The notes: generated from the letters alone by a model not told the origin. Shown: positions 1-9,876, counted from the stretch's first letter. The stretch is DNA of 41,482 nt from Verrucomicrobiota bacterium (GCA_009908535.1 JAAAOD010000155.1:1-41482); one strand, 5' to 3'. Made by a program: numbers and translations.

Positions 1-240
1 GACGGAGATCGGCAGCCCCGCCTTCACCGCCATGATGCGCGCGTCGACGATAAGCGAGTACGGAAGTTTCCGCAGGTACCGCATCGCGATCAGGTTCCAC
101 ATGCTGACCGGAGCGCCGGAGGAGAAGGCCTTCAACCAGACGCTGAGGAAGGATCCCACAATGAAGAGCAGGATGAGGAGAATGATGAGACCGATGATGG
201 CCCCGATTTGCGGGAGGGTCAGAGCGAGCATTGTATTCAT
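1..240 (-). CDS. floA: Flotillin-like protein FloA (YqfA family), N-terminal part; runs off the window edge
   Basis: Not in the ORF track. Manual translation from ATG 240 gives MNTMLALTLPQIGAIIGLIILLILLFIVGSFLSVWLKAFSSGAPVSMWNLIAMRYLRKLPYSLIVDARIMAVKAGLPISV: a TM helix followed by the W..A..SG..V....L..MR and IV.A.I.A.KAGL pattern of FloA. ATGA overlap with the upstream nfeD stop, and the nfeD-floA context is typical. Confidence 0.85.
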   Translation of the reverse strand, partial: MNTMLALTLPQIGAIIGLIILLILLFIVGSFLSVWLKAFSSGAPVSMWNLIAMRYLRKLPYSLIVDARIMAVKAGLPISV

Positions 241-698
241 TTTCTTACGACAATTAGGTGAAAGGGACTGGAGCGGAGAACTTTGACGGGGGTGTCCTTT
301 TCAAGGTAGCCGTCCTCGGAGTAGGCCGTCCGGACCTCGCCGTCGATTTCGACCCTGCCGCTGGGGGCAAGGGTTGTCAAGGTGACCCCCTCGCAACCAA
401 CGAGCTTTTCGCGCGGTTGCTGGTTCACCTTGGCGTCGATGCTCTGCTTCAGGGAGAGCTGGTTGCCGAAGCGCGAGTTCGATATGAAGCGAATCTCGAC
501 GAAAAACATCGTGATGGCGCCGACGAGGCCGCCGATGATCACCCCGATGGCGGCGATGAGACCGAATTCCGTGTAGGTCAGACTCGCGGCGACCAGCAGA
601 AGAATTCCCCCGATGACGGCGAGCACACCGCCCGGAAGGAAGATCTCGAAGAAAAAGAGGATAAAGGCGGTGATGAGGAGACCAACAATCAGCGTCAT
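237..698 (-). CDS. Short NfeD-family membrane protein (TM helices + C-terminal OB-fold)
   Basis: Hydrophobic N-terminus with FFEIFLPGG, then G.EGVTLTTLAPSGRVEIDG...AYSEDGYLEKDTPVKV, typical of the NfeD C-domain. ATGA overlaps on both sides. Confidence 0.85.
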   Translation of the reverse strand: MTLIVGLLITAFILFFFEIFLPGGVLAVIGGILLLVAASLTYTEFGLIAAIGVIIGGLVGAITMFFVEIRFISNSRFGNQLSLKQSIDAKVNQQPREKLVGCEGVTLTTLAPSGRVEIDGEVRTAYSEDGYLEKDTPVKVLRSSPFHLIVVRK

Positions 699-2305
699 GA
701 TGCCTCCTCCTCCTTGTCCACAAGCAGGCAGAAATGGCGGTACCCCGTCACGATAATGGGCGTGTCCCGGTCAAGGGACCCCACCCCCACAGTGGCCTGG
801 TACCGTTTGCCCCCGATCTCCACCTCGCCCAGAGGATGCAGGGGACGCGTGACCCGGCCGCGCGAACCGACATCGGGGAGGCTGTTCGTCCCGGCAATCT
901 GGCTGCCGCCGGTGACCGTGCGGTCCGGCATCGCTCCTGCGGTCTGGTGGACGAGGCGCCCGTACACCGGCATCACGGGAAGGAAACGCCAGATGAGAAT
1001 GAGCCCGAGAACGGCGATGGCAAAGGCCCCCAGCACCTCGTACAGCGCCATCCAGAGCGAATCGGCATCCACCGTGAAGGTGAAGCCGCCGCCGTCCTTC
1101 GGCGCCGGCCAGACGTCGGCCAGCGACCACAAAAGCGCCCCGAAAATGAAGAGAATGCCGACGATCATGAAGACGAAGGTCCCCGGTAACAGGAAGATAT
1201 CCACCACGATCAGGACGAGGCCGATGAGGAAAAAGAGCAGCCCTTCCAGACCGGCCAGTCCGGCAAGGTAGTTGCTTGCAAAGACGATCGCGACAAGGGT
1301 CAGACCGGCGATGCCCATGATCCCGAATCCGGGCGTCTTGAATTCGACAAAGAGGCCGAGGAGACCGAGGCCAAGGAGAAGCGGGGCGATGGAATTCAGG
1401 TATTTGGCGGCTTCCTCCGACCAGGAGATCTCGAAATCGACAAGATTGGCGCGCTCCTCCCCGTAGCGGTCGGCAAGGAGCGATTCCACGTCGTCGCTGA
1501 TGCCCTCGGCAAGCAGGGGCCTCGGCGGATCGCCAAAGCTCTGGCGCGCCTCCTTCGCGGTGAGGGAGAGGAGTTCGCCGGGTTCTTTCAGGATCTCGCC
1601 GTCGATTTCCAGCTCGTAGTCGAGATCCGCCATCGCCTGGATGACCCGCGCCCGGTAGGGATAACGATCGGTATAGCTGCGCATGCGCGCCATGAGATAG
1701 CTGTTGATCTTGGCCTTCATGCTCTCGTCGATCTCCTGGCCACCGCCCGAGACCACGGCCGCCGCCCCCATCACCCCGTCGGGAGCGAAATAGATGGCAT
1801 CCGTCGCCATGGAGATATAGGCCCCCGCGGAAATGGCGTCCTTGTTGACGAAAGTGATCGTTTCGCCCTCGAAGCGGTCGAGGAGTTCCATCATTTCCAG
1901 CGTCACGTCAAGGCGTCCTCCCGGCGTGTCCATATCGATGAGGAGGACTTCCACCTCTTCGCGGATCGCCTGTTTGATCGCCCGGCGCAGGATGAAGAGG
2001 TTCGGTTGGGAAATGGCCTCGGTGATGGGCACGCGATAGACGTCGACGATTTCGCCGGGATCCAGCTTCCGGAGAAATTCCGAGGCGGCGGCGGCCGCCT
2101 CCTCCGCCCCGGCGGGTTCCGGCTCACCGGTTGCGGGAGGAGCGGCCTCCTCCGGCGATTCCGCCCCGGGGGCGGGCGCTTCCTCCGCGCCCTCGCCGCC
2201 CTTGAGCACGTTGACTGGATCCTCCTCCTGGGAAAGCAGGTTGGCGCCGCCGACGAGGGCGAGGGCGCAAAGGGAAAGGAGCATAACTGGGCTGCGCTTT
2301 GTCAT
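695..2305 (-). CDS. Long NfeD (YqeZ-like) membrane-bound ClpP-class serine protease
   Basis: Signal peptide from ATG 2305 (MTKRSPVMLLSLCALALVGGA), acidic Pro/Ala linker, ClpP-like DTPGG and AISAGAYI motifs, multi-TM region with EFKTPGFG, C-terminal NfeD OB domain. The track start at 2536 overlaps queG and was not used. Confidence 0.85.
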   Translation of the reverse strand: MTKRSPVMLLSLCALALVGGANLLSQEEDPVNVLKGGEGAEEAPAPGAESPEEAAPPATGEPEPAGAEEAAAAASEFLRKLDPGEIVDVYRVPITEAISQPNLFILRRAIKQAIREEVEVLLIDMDTPGGRLDVTLEMMELLDRFEGETITFVNKDAISAGAYISMATDAIYFAPDGVMGAAAVVSGGGQEIDESMKAKINSYLMARMRSYTDRYPYRARVIQAMADLDYELEIDGEILKEPGELLSLTAKEARQSFGDPPRPLLAEGISDDVESLLADRYGEERANLVDFEISWSEEAAKYLNSIAPLLLGLGLLGLFVEFKTPGFGIMGIAGLTLVAIVFASNYLAGLAGLEGLLFFLIGLVLIVVDIFLLPGTFVFMIVGILFIFGALLWSLADVWPAPKDGGGFTFTVDADSLWMALYEVLGAFAIAVLGLILIWRFLPVMPVYGRLVHQTAGAMPDRTVTGGSQIAGTNSLPDVGSRGRVTRPLHPLGEVEIGGKRYQATVGVGSLDRDTPIIVTGYRHFCLLVDKEEEAS

Positions 2306-2354
2306 TGTCCTGTCCCTACCTAAACCCCTTTTTTCCGTTGCACAAGTTTTCGCC

Positions 2355-3377
2355 ATGCAGAAGAGTCCACGCCAGTGCAGGGAGGAGGTGGAACGGCGGG
2401 CCGCGGAACTGGGGCTCGCCCCGGTAGGCGTGGCCCCGGTCGACGGCGATGTCCGCGCCGGGGAATTCCGCCGCTGGCTCATGGAAGGCCAGCACGGCGA
2501 CATGGCGTGGATGGCGCGCGACCCCGAACGCCGCACGAGCCCGGCCAGGGTCCTGCCGGAGGCGCGCCGCGTCCTCGCCTTCGGACTGAATTACTACCAG
2601 CCCGAACCGGAGCGCCGGGGCCGTATCGCCAAGTACGCCCTCGGCAAGGACTACCATAAGGTCCTCCTGAAAAAGCTGAAGCGGATCTGCGAGCTTCTGC
2701 GCGAAGAAGGCGGGGTGAACCGCCCCTACGTCGACACGGGTCCTCTTCTCGAAAAGCCGATCGCCGCCCTCGCCGGCCTCGGCTGGCAGGGGAAGAACAC
2801 CATGCTTCTCAACGGGGAGGACGGACAGTGGCTCTTCCTCGGCTTCATCCTCACCTCCCTCCCCCTGCCCGCGGATGAGCCGGTGCGGGATCGCTGCGGA
2901 AGCTGTACCCGCTGTATCGACGTCTGCCCGACCCGCGCCATCACCGCGCCCTACCAGCTCGACGCCCGCAAGTGCATTTCCTACCTCACCATCGAACACA
3001 AGGGGCCGATCCCGCCCGCCTACCGCCGCCTTATCGGGGATCATCTGTACGGCTGTGACGACTGTCTCGATGTCTGCCCGTGGAACAAGTGGGCCCGCCG
3101 GACGCGCGAGGCCGCCTTCTCCCCGCGCCTGTATCCGGACCTTCGCGACATGCTCGCCCTGGACGAGGAGGCCTTCCATGCCACCTTCGCCGGCTCCCCC
3201 ATCCGCCGCCTGAAACGGGCCCGCTGGCTGCGCAACGTCTGCGTGGTCCTCGGCAACGTCGGCACCGCGGAAGATCTGCCCGCCCTGCGGACGGCAGCCG
3301 GGGATCCGGACCCCCTCATCGCCGAACACGCGGCCTGGGCGATCGGGGAGATCACTGCGCGCGCAGCCGCACGATGA
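2355..3377 (+). CDS. queG: tRNA epoxyqueuosine(34) reductase
   Basis: HGDMAWM, YALGKDYH, VDTGPLLEK, AGLGWQGKN, CGSCTRCIDVCP, CISYLTIE, GCDDCLDVCPWN. Start re-picked at ATG 2355. Confidence 0.95.
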   Translation: MQKSPRQCREEVERRAAELGLAPVGVAPVDGDVRAGEFRRWLMEGQHGDMAWMARDPERRTSPARVLPEARRVLAFGLNYYQPEPERRGRIAKYALGKDYHKVLLKKLKRICELLREEGGVNRPYVDTGPLLEKPIAALAGLGWQGKNTMLLNGEDGQWLFLGFILTSLPLPADEPVRDRCGSCTRCIDVCPTRAITAPYQLDARKCISYLTIEHKGPIPPAYRRLIGDHLYGCDDCLDVCPWNKWARRTREAAFSPRLYPDLRDMLALDEEAFHATFAGSPIRRLKRARWLRNVCVVLGNVGTAEDLPALRTAAGDPDPLIAEHAAWAIGEITARAAAR

Positions 3378-3627
3378 CGGCGCCCCAGCCCCCCGCGTTG
3401 CCCGGCGCCGGCGCGTAGCTTTCCACCTCCGCATGGCGTTCCAGCAGCGCGAATACCTGGCGGCGCAGCACGCCCATCCCCTTGCCGTGAATGATGCGGA
3501 CATCGCGGATGTCCTTTTCCCGGCAGACCTCGAGGTAGGCCAGCACCACCTCCTTCACCTCGGCAGGTTGAAAGGCATGCAGGTCAAGAACGCCGTCCAC
3601 CGGCATTTCCATCGGTTCGTCCTCCAT
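3352..3627 (-). CDS. Stand-alone Smr/MutS2 C-terminal domain protein
   Basis: LDLH, VRIIHGKGMGVLR and GGWGA.IV motifs; 91 aa. Confidence 0.9.
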   Translation of the reverse strand: MEDEPMEMPVDGVLDLHAFQPAEVKEVVLAYLEVCREKDIRDVRIIHGKGMGVLRRQVFALLERHAEVESYAPAPGNAGGWGAVIVRLRAQ

Positions 3628-3638
3628 CTTCGATCAAG

Positions 3639-3667
3639 AAGCTAAGCGACCTTCCGTCCCGCCGCAA
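3639..3667 (-). promoter_or_regulatory. Putative sigma70 promoter for the Smr gene
   Basis: Minus strand TTGCGG-N17-TAGCTT, ending 11 nt before the ATG at 3627. Confidence 0.4.
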
Positions 3668-3682
3668 GGCGCACAAGCAGGC

Positions 3683-3712
3683 TTGAACCCTGATACCCTG
3701 CCGCTCTACATT
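3683..3712 (+). promoter_or_regulatory. Putative sigma70 promoter for frr-proB
   Basis: TTGAAC-N18-TACATT in the divergent intergenic region; AAGGA precedes the frr ATG. Confidence 0.35.
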
Positions 3713-3741
3713 TCCGAAAACCCTCAGCGAAAGGACATTCC

Positions 3742-4311
3742 ATGGATTACGAAACGATTCTTCTTGAAGCGCAGGACGCGATGGACGCGGCCGTCAAACA
3801 CGCCACCCATGAATTTTCCACCCTCCATACGGGCAAGGCGGCCCCAAGCATGATCGAAAATGTGAGTGTCGATGTGGAAGCCTACGGCACCAGCATGCCC
3901 CTGCGGGAACTGGGGGCCATCACGGTGCCCGACAACCGCACCCTGCAGGTGCAGCCGTGGGACAAGAACACCGTCAAAGCCGTGGAAAAGGCGATCCGCA
4001 ATGCCGGCCTCGGTCTCAATCCCGTTTCCCGCGGCGGCGGAACCATTATCGTCCCCGTACCCGAGCTTTCCGGGGACCGGCGCAAGGAACTGGTCAAGAT
4101 GGCTTCCTCTCACGCCGAGGACAGCCGTGTTTCCGTGCGCCAGGCCCGCCATCACGCCATGGAGGAATTAAAGAAGCTCAAGAATGAGGGACACGTTTCC
4201 GAGGACGACATCAAGCGCCACGAAAAGGAAATCCAGGAAGAGACGGACAAGCACGTGGCCTTGATCAATGAGGCCCTCGCCGCCAAGGAAGACGAGTTGA
4301 TGACGGTTTAA
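3742..4311 (+). CDS. frr: Ribosome recycling factor
   Basis: TGKAAPSMIE.V.VEAYG, VQPWDK, GLNP, VPELSGDRRKELVK, SEDDIK; 189 aa. Confidence 0.95.
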   Translation: MDYETILLEAQDAMDAAVKHATHEFSTLHTGKAAPSMIENVSVDVEAYGTSMPLRELGAITVPDNRTLQVQPWDKNTVKAVEKAIRNAGLGLNPVSRGGGTIIVPVPELSGDRRKELVKMASSHAEDSRVSVRQARHHAMEELKKLKNEGHVSEDDIKRHEKEIQEETDKHVALINEALAAKEDELMTV

Positions 4312-4345
4312 GGCCGTTCCCGACCGCGCTACCACATCTCCGGCC

Positions 4346-5449
4346 ATGGAATTCCTGAAGGCGAACGCCCGGCGCATGGTCGTCAAGATCGGGACGCACT
4401 CGCTGACGGGACCCGACGGCCTCGTTGATGAATCGCGGCTCGCGGACCTGTGCCGTCAGGTCGCCCTCGTGCGCGCTTCCGGACTCGACGTCGTCCTCGT
4501 CTCCTCGGGAGCGGTCGGCATGGGCCTCGGGCTCCTCGGAAAACGGAGCCGTCCCGAAGAGCTCGCCGATTTGCAGGCCTGCGCCGCCATCGGGCAATCG
4601 CGGCTCGTCGAGGTCTGGCGCAGCGGCCTCGAAGCGCACGGCCTCACCGCCGCGCAGATCCTCCTCACCCGCGAGGACATCCGCGGGCGCCGGCGCCATC
4701 TCGCCGTCCGTGGCACCCTCGAACGCCTGCTCGCCCTACGGACGGTGCCCATCGTCAACGAGAACGACACCGTCAGCGCCGATGAAATCAAATTCGGAGA
4801 CAACGACATCCTCAGCGCTCTCGTCGCAAGCCTCCTCAAGGCCGACCTGCTCGTCATTCTCTCCACCATTCCGGGCCTCCTGCGCGACAAGGGCGAAGGG
4901 GAACGGGTCCCGGTCGTCACGGAAATCACCGAAGACGTCCGGCGCATGGCCGGCGATACCGGCGACCCGAACGCCACCGGCGGCATGGTCACCAAACTGG
5001 AGGCCGCCCACCTTGCCACGCGCTCGGGTTGCGGGGTCTTCATCGGTTCCTCGCGGGCGGAGGGAATTCTCCCGTCCGTTTGCCGGGGCAGTGCGAAGGG
5101 CACCTTTTTCGTGCCCGCCAAGGCCTCGCTGGCCGCCCGCAAGCGGTGGATCGCCTTCTTCGAGCATCCGCAGGGATGCCTGCGCCTCGATGAGGGGGCC
5201 GTCGCCGCGGTCCGCGACCGCAGCGCAAGCCTTCTTGCTAAAGGCATCGTCGCCGTGGAAGGAGAGTTTCCGGACCAGGCCGTCGTGCGTCTCGCCAATG
5301 CCGGGGGCCGGGAGTTCGCCCGCGGGATCTGCGGTTTCCCCGCCCATGAGATCCACCGCCTTTGCGGTCTTGATTCCGCGGCCATCCGCCGCGAATTTCC
5401 GGGGCGGCGTCCGGAGATCGTCCACCGCGACAGCCTTGTCTTGTTGTGA
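4346..5449 (+). CDS. proB: Glutamate 5-kinase with C-terminal PUA domain
   Basis: VVKIGT, VSSGAV, AAIGQ, AQILLT, PIVNENDTVS.DEIKFGDND.LSALVA, TGGMVTKL; PUA domain (SLLAKGI...IVHRDSLV). Confidence 0.95.
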   Translation: MEFLKANARRMVVKIGTHSLTGPDGLVDESRLADLCRQVALVRASGLDVVLVSSGAVGMGLGLLGKRSRPEELADLQACAAIGQSRLVEVWRSGLEAHGLTAAQILLTREDIRGRRRHLAVRGTLERLLALRTVPIVNENDTVSADEIKFGDNDILSALVASLLKADLLVILSTIPGLLRDKGEGERVPVVTEITEDVRRMAGDTGDPNATGGMVTKLEAAHLATRSGCGVFIGSSRAEGILPSVCRGSAKGTFFVPAKASLAARKRWIAFFEHPQGCLRLDEGAVAAVRDRSASLLAKGIVAVEGEFPDQAVVRLANAGGREFARGICGFPAHEIHRLCGLDSAAIRREFPGRRPEIVHRDSLVLL

Positions 5450-5522
5450 CCGGAAAAGCCGTTCGCCGACGTCGTGAGACGTTGGCCCGCCACCAGACAG
5501 GCCGAGCCCCCCGGAGGGAAGA

Positions 5523-6482
5523 CTATTTGCGCCCCTTCTTCCCGGGCTGGAAAAAGTGGTCGGTGATGAGGACGACGGAGGGCTCGCGGGCTTCCCAGTT
5601 GGTCACTTCCCCGTATGGGAGGAGAAGGTTGTCGCCCCGTCGGGCGCGGAAGCCGTCCCCGTTGGCGAGGGATCCCTCCACGACACTGAGAATGCGCGCT
5701 TCCTCCCCGGCGCTGAAGGCCATGGACTCCCCGGGCTGGAAGGAGCGGCGCCGCAGGCGGAACTCTTCCGCATCCGCGAGCACCGCCTCCTTTTCCCCGG
5801 CATGAATCATTTCGGGGGCCGTATCGGAAAAATTGATCGACTGCATGGATTCCTCCACATGCAGTTGGCGCGGTTGGCCATCAAGGCCCTTCCGGCCCCA
5901 GTCGTAGACACGGTACGTCGTATCCGAATTCTGCTGGATCTCCAAGATGAGATTCCCCGCATCAATGGCATGGAGGCGTCCGCTCGGGACAAAAAGGGAA
6001 TCACCGGGCCGGCTGGGAAGTCGCTGGACCCGTTCTTCCACCTCCTCCTTTGCAATCGCGGTACGGAATTCCTCCGGCGTCACCCCGGGTTTCAGGCCGA
6101 CAAGCAGGGCTGCTTCCGGCGTGGCTTCGACGATGTACCAGTTTTCCGTCTTCGGCTCCCCCCCGAGTTTCGGCGCCACCCCGGCCGGCGGATGCACCTG
6201 CAGGCTGAGCCGCTGCTCGCAATCGAGCCACTTGACCAGGATGGGGAAGGGCCTGTCCGAGGGCCAGCCCGGTCCGAGCAGCCATTCAGCGCGCTCCGCG
6301 CGCAGCTGGCTCAGGCTCAGGCCCTGCTCGGGGAAAAAGGAATCCGCTTCCGGACGGTCCACCAGTTCCCAGCTCTCGCCGATGGGCTTTTCCCCGGGAA
6401 GGCTTCGCCCTAGGGCCTTTTCCAGGGACCTGCCCCCCCAGACTCGTTCCTGATAAAGGGGTGCTGCTTTCAAGTAGCGCAT
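5523..6482 (-). CDS. manA: Type I mannose-6-phosphate isomerase (cupin)
   Basis: RVWGG, GESWE, FPILVKWLD, LSLQVHP, PKTENWY, GRLHAI, EIQQNSDTTYRVYDWGR, RQLH. Confidence 0.9.
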   Translation of the reverse strand: MRYLKAAPLYQERVWGGRSLEKALGRSLPGEKPIGESWELVDRPEADSFFPEQGLSLSQLRAERAEWLLGPGWPSDRPFPILVKWLDCEQRLSLQVHPPAGVAPKLGGEPKTENWYIVEATPEAALLVGLKPGVTPEEFRTAIAKEEVEERVQRLPSRPGDSLFVPSGRLHAIDAGNLILEIQQNSDTTYRVYDWGRKGLDGQPRQLHVEESMQSINFSDTAPEMIHAGEKEAVLADAEEFRLRRRSFQPGESMAFSAGEEARILSVVEGSLANGDGFRARRGDNLLLPYGEVTNWEAREPSVVLITDHFFQPGKKGRK

Positions 6483-6577
6483 CCGTCAATTTTGAAAAAG
6501 GCATTTCAGCCTGGTCAAATCTCAATCCTGCCTTGTCATGGGAAAGCCCGTATCCTAGCAATAGAGCGTTCTCGAAC

Positions 6578-9256
6578 ATGGCAGGAAAAACCCGCAAAAA
6601 GGCCCCCGCAAATCCCACCTTTGGCAGCCGAAACAGCGAGCCACGTCCTTTCGTGGGCCTGTTTTTCCTGCTCTTCGGCATCCTCGCCGCCCTGGCCATC
6701 ATCGATTACAGTCCGGCCCAGAACGAAACCTTCCATAGCCCGCCCCCCGAGACCAACCTGATCGGCATCTTCGGCGTTCACACCGCGTATGCCTCCCTGC
6801 AGGCCCTCGGCCTTGCCGCCTACGCCGTGCCTTTGCTCGGCTTCTGGCTCTCCTACATGTTTTTCCGGCCCTACGCGGGAAAGATCCGCCTGCGGAAACT
6901 GCCGCCCCTTTTCCTCCTCTATGCCAGCCTCGCCGTCTTTGGGACCATTTATCAGGTCGAGGAGATGGGCTTCCCTCCAGGCAAGGTCGCGCCCGAGGAA
7001 GTGCAGAGCAACTTTTTCCCCTACGGCTGGGGAGGATGGCTCGGTTTCTGGACCTATGCCCAGTTCCTGCGCAACTTTCTCGGCATGGTCGGCTCCCTCG
7101 TCGTCGTCGGTGTCATCAGCCTGTTTTCCCTGACCATTCTGCTCTTCGATAACCTTGCCCTCGATGCCCGGTACTTCCTGCGCACCCGCTTCGACGCATG
7201 GAGCGCCGGACGGGAGGAACGCAAACAGCTGCGGGCGGAACGACGCGAAGCGGCGAAGGAAGAAAAAGCACGGCGCCGCGAGGCCGCCCGCAAAGCAAGG
7301 GAGGAAAAGCGCAAAGCGAAAAAACAAAAGGACAAGCCGCTGCAGAACCTCCCCGCGGCGGAGGCAACGCCCGCCGCGCAGGCCGAAGAGAAGGAGGTCG
7401 CTCCCCCGCCCAACCGCGGCAGGTCCCTTCGGATCGGCGGCGCGAAGAAAAAACCCGCCGATAAACAATCTGGCCCGCGACCCTTCGCCCCCATTCTCGA
7501 GGAAGGCGAGAAGGAAGCCGACTCCGCCGGACCGGAAAACGACGGGCAGAAAGCGGAAGCCGGGGATCCGGCCACCGAGCCAACGCCTGGTCCCAAGGCA
7601 CCGAAGGAAACGGAGGCCGTCAAGTTTGGGAGCAAAGGGGGAAAGAAAGCCGGCGCCAACCTTCGTATCATCGCTCGCCAGGAGGTCCGCAAGGCCGCTT
7701 CCGGACTGCCCGAAAAAAAGGGCGATTACCGCTTTCCCCCGATGCGGCTTCTCTCCGATCCGCCCTCCCAGGAAAACACCGACGACGAAGCCGTCCACCA
7801 GCAGACCGCTGACACCCTTGTCAAGACGCTCGAGGAGTTCGGGGTCCGGGTCACCCCGGGCGATGTCCACACCGGCCCGGTCATCACCCGCTACGATATC
7901 TATCCGGCCGCCGGCGTGCGCGTGGAGCGCATTCTCAACCTCGACAAGAATATCGCTCTGAACCTGAAGGCGATGTCGGTGCGCATCCTCGCGCCCGTCC
8001 CCGGAAAGGGCTGTGTCGGCATCGAGGTGCCGAACAAGAATCCCCAGCCGGTTTTTATCCGCGATATCCTCGAGTCGGAGGACTGGGTCAACAACAGGGC
8101 CGAAATCCCCATCGCCCTTGGCAAGGATGTTTCCGGCAGGCCGCTGATCACCGACCTCGCCAAGATGCCGCACCTCCTCATCGCCGGCTCCACCGGTTCC
8201 GGGAAGACGGTCTGTATCAATGCCGTCATTACCTCCCTGCTCTACCATTCCAGCCCGCAGGACCTCCGTTTTGTCATGATCGACCCCAAGATCGTGGAGA
8301 TGCAGGTCTACAACAAGCTTCCGCACATGCTGGTGCCAGTGGTGACGGATCCGAAGAAGGTCCCCAATGCCCTCAAGTACCTCCTCAACGAGATGGAGCG
8401 GCGCTATCAGTATTTCGCCCAGGCGGGCGTGCGCAACATCGCCGGCTACAACGCCAAGATGGCCCGCGACCGCAAGGAGGCCCGCGAGGCCGAGGAGCGC
8501 GCCGCCGCCATGGAGGCCGACCTCACGCCCGAGGAACGGGCCGCCGCCGCCGCCATCAACATCCCGCGCGATCCGGACGCCGGGGATGATGCCCCGCCGG
8601 ACAAGCTGCCCTACGTGGTCTGTATCGTCGATGAGCTGGCCGACCTCATGATGGTCGCACCGGCCGACATTGAAACCGGGATTGCCCGGCTTGCCCAACT
8701 CGCCCGGGCCGCCGGCATCCATCTCATTCTCGCCACGCAGCGGCCTTCCGTGAATGTCATCACCGGCGTCATCAAGGCGAACCTGCCCAGCCGCATCTCC
8801 TTCAAGGTGGCCTCCCGGGTCGACTCCCGCACGATTCTCGACACCATGGGCGCGGACCATCTGATCGGCAAGGGGGACATGCTCTTCCTGCCCCCGGGAT
8901 CGCCCGACCTGATCCGCTCGCAGGGAGCCTTTGTCAGTGACGAGGAGATCGGCGGGATCGTCGACCATATCCACGAGGCCAACGGGGAACCGCAGTTCGA
9001 CGAACGCTTCCAGCGGAACCTTGAGGCCGGGGAGGCCGAGGGCGATGAGGTGGAGGGCAACTGGGAGGACGATCTCGTTCCCGATGCCATCGAAGTGATC
9101 CGCACGAGCAAACGCGCTTCCACTTCGATGCTGCAACGACGGTTGAAAATCGGCTACAACCGGGCCGCCCGTATCATGGAAATCCTCGAAAACGAGGGCA
9201 TGGTCGGCCCGGAAAACGGATCCAGTCCCCGCGAGATCCTGATCGACATTGATTGA
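6578..9256 (+). CDS. ftsK: DNA translocase FtsK
   Basis: N-terminal TM domain, charged linker, GPVITRY, MPHLLIAGSTGSGKT (Walker A), IVDELADLMM, LATQRPSV, gamma domain STSMLQRRLKIGYNRAARI. Start re-picked at ATG 6578. Confidence 0.96.
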   Translation: MAGKTRKKAPANPTFGSRNSEPRPFVGLFFLLFGILAALAIIDYSPAQNETFHSPPPETNLIGIFGVHTAYASLQALGLAAYAVPLLGFWLSYMFFRPYAGKIRLRKLPPLFLLYASLAVFGTIYQVEEMGFPPGKVAPEEVQSNFFPYGWGGWLGFWTYAQFLRNFLGMVGSLVVVGVISLFSLTILLFDNLALDARYFLRTRFDAWSAGREERKQLRAERREAAKEEKARRREAARKAREEKRKAKKQKDKPLQNLPAAEATPAAQAEEKEVAPPPNRGRSLRIGGAKKKPADKQSGPRPFAPILEEGEKEADSAGPENDGQKAEAGDPATEPTPGPKAPKETEAVKFGSKGGKKAGANLRIIARQEVRKAASGLPEKKGDYRFPPMRLLSDPPSQENTDDEAVHQQTADTLVKTLEEFGVRVTPGDVHTGPVITRYDIYPAAGVRVERILNLDKNIALNLKAMSVRILAPVPGKGCVGIEVPNKNPQPVFIRDILESEDWVNNRAEIPIALGKDVSGRPLITDLAKMPHLLIAGSTGSGKTVCINAVITSLLYHSSPQDLRFVMIDPKIVEMQVYNKLPHMLVPVVTDPKKVPNALKYLLNEMERRYQYFAQAGVRNIAGYNAKMARDRKEAREAEERAAAMEADLTPEERAAAAAINIPRDPDAGDDAPPDKLPYVVCIVDELADLMMVAPADIETGIARLAQLARAAGIHLILATQRPSVNVITGVIKANLPSRISFKVASRVDSRTILDTMGADHLIGKGDMLFLPPGSPDLIRSQGAFVSDEEIGGIVDHIHEANGEPQFDERFQRNLEAGEAEGDEVEGNWEDDLVPDAIEVIRTSKRASTSMLQRRLKIGYNRAARIMEILENEGMVGPENGSSPREILIDID

Positions 9257-9273
9257 CGTTCCACCTCTTAGCC

Positions 9274-9876
9274 GTGTCCGAGTGCGCATCCCCGTCCCTT
9301 CTCCTCATCATCAGCGGCCCTGCGGGCAGCGGGAAAACAACACTTTGCGAACGGCTGCGGGAAGAATTTTCCAGTCTTGAGCGCCTCGTCACGACAACCA
9401 CCCGCCCGCCTCGTCCCGGGGAAGTCCATGGGGTGGATTACCATTTCGCAAGCCCGGAGGCCTTTGCGGCCGGGATCGAGCGCGGTGACTTTATCGAATG
9501 GGCGCGGGTGCACGGCCGCAATTACGGTTCCCGTTACGATCACCTTGTCGCCGCTCTCGCAAAGGGGCGCGATCTGCTCCTTAATATCGATGTGCAGGGG
9601 GCCCGCTCCTTCCGCCAACAACAGCATCAGCGTGCCGAACTGAAAGGCCGCCTGCACACCGTCTTCATCAAGCCGCGTTCCCGGGAGCAGCTTCGCGAGC
9701 GCCTTCTTGCCCGCGGGAGCGACGACGAGGAAGAGATCGCCCGCCGCCTGCGCAGTGCTGAAGAAGAAATCCGCCTCGCCGACGAATTCGACTTTGTCAT
9801 CGTCAGTGGTTCACGCGAGGAAGATTACCGCCGCCTCCGTGCCCACTATCTCCACCTGCGGGTCGACAAAAGTTAA
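9274..9876 (+). CDS. gmk: Guanylate kinase
   Basis: ISGPAGSGKTT, TTTRPPRPGEVHGVDYHF, FIEWARVHGRNYG, IDVQGA. Start uncertain (GTG 9274 or TTG 9253). Confidence 0.93.
   Translation: MSECASPSLLLIISGPAGSGKTTLCERLREEFSSLERLVTTTTRPPRPGEVHGVDYHFASPEAFAAGIERGDFIEWARVHGRNYGSRYDHLVAALAKGRDLLLNIDVQGARSFRQQQHQRAELKGRLHTVFIKPRSREQLRERLLARGSDDEEEIARRLRSAEEEIRLADEFDFVIVSGSREEDYRRLRAHYLHLRVDKS

Noticed and set aside
6536-9289. 917-aa ORF antisense to ftsK
   Set aside because: Codon-register mirror of a GC-rich gene with no recognisable motifs; a typical shadow ORF.
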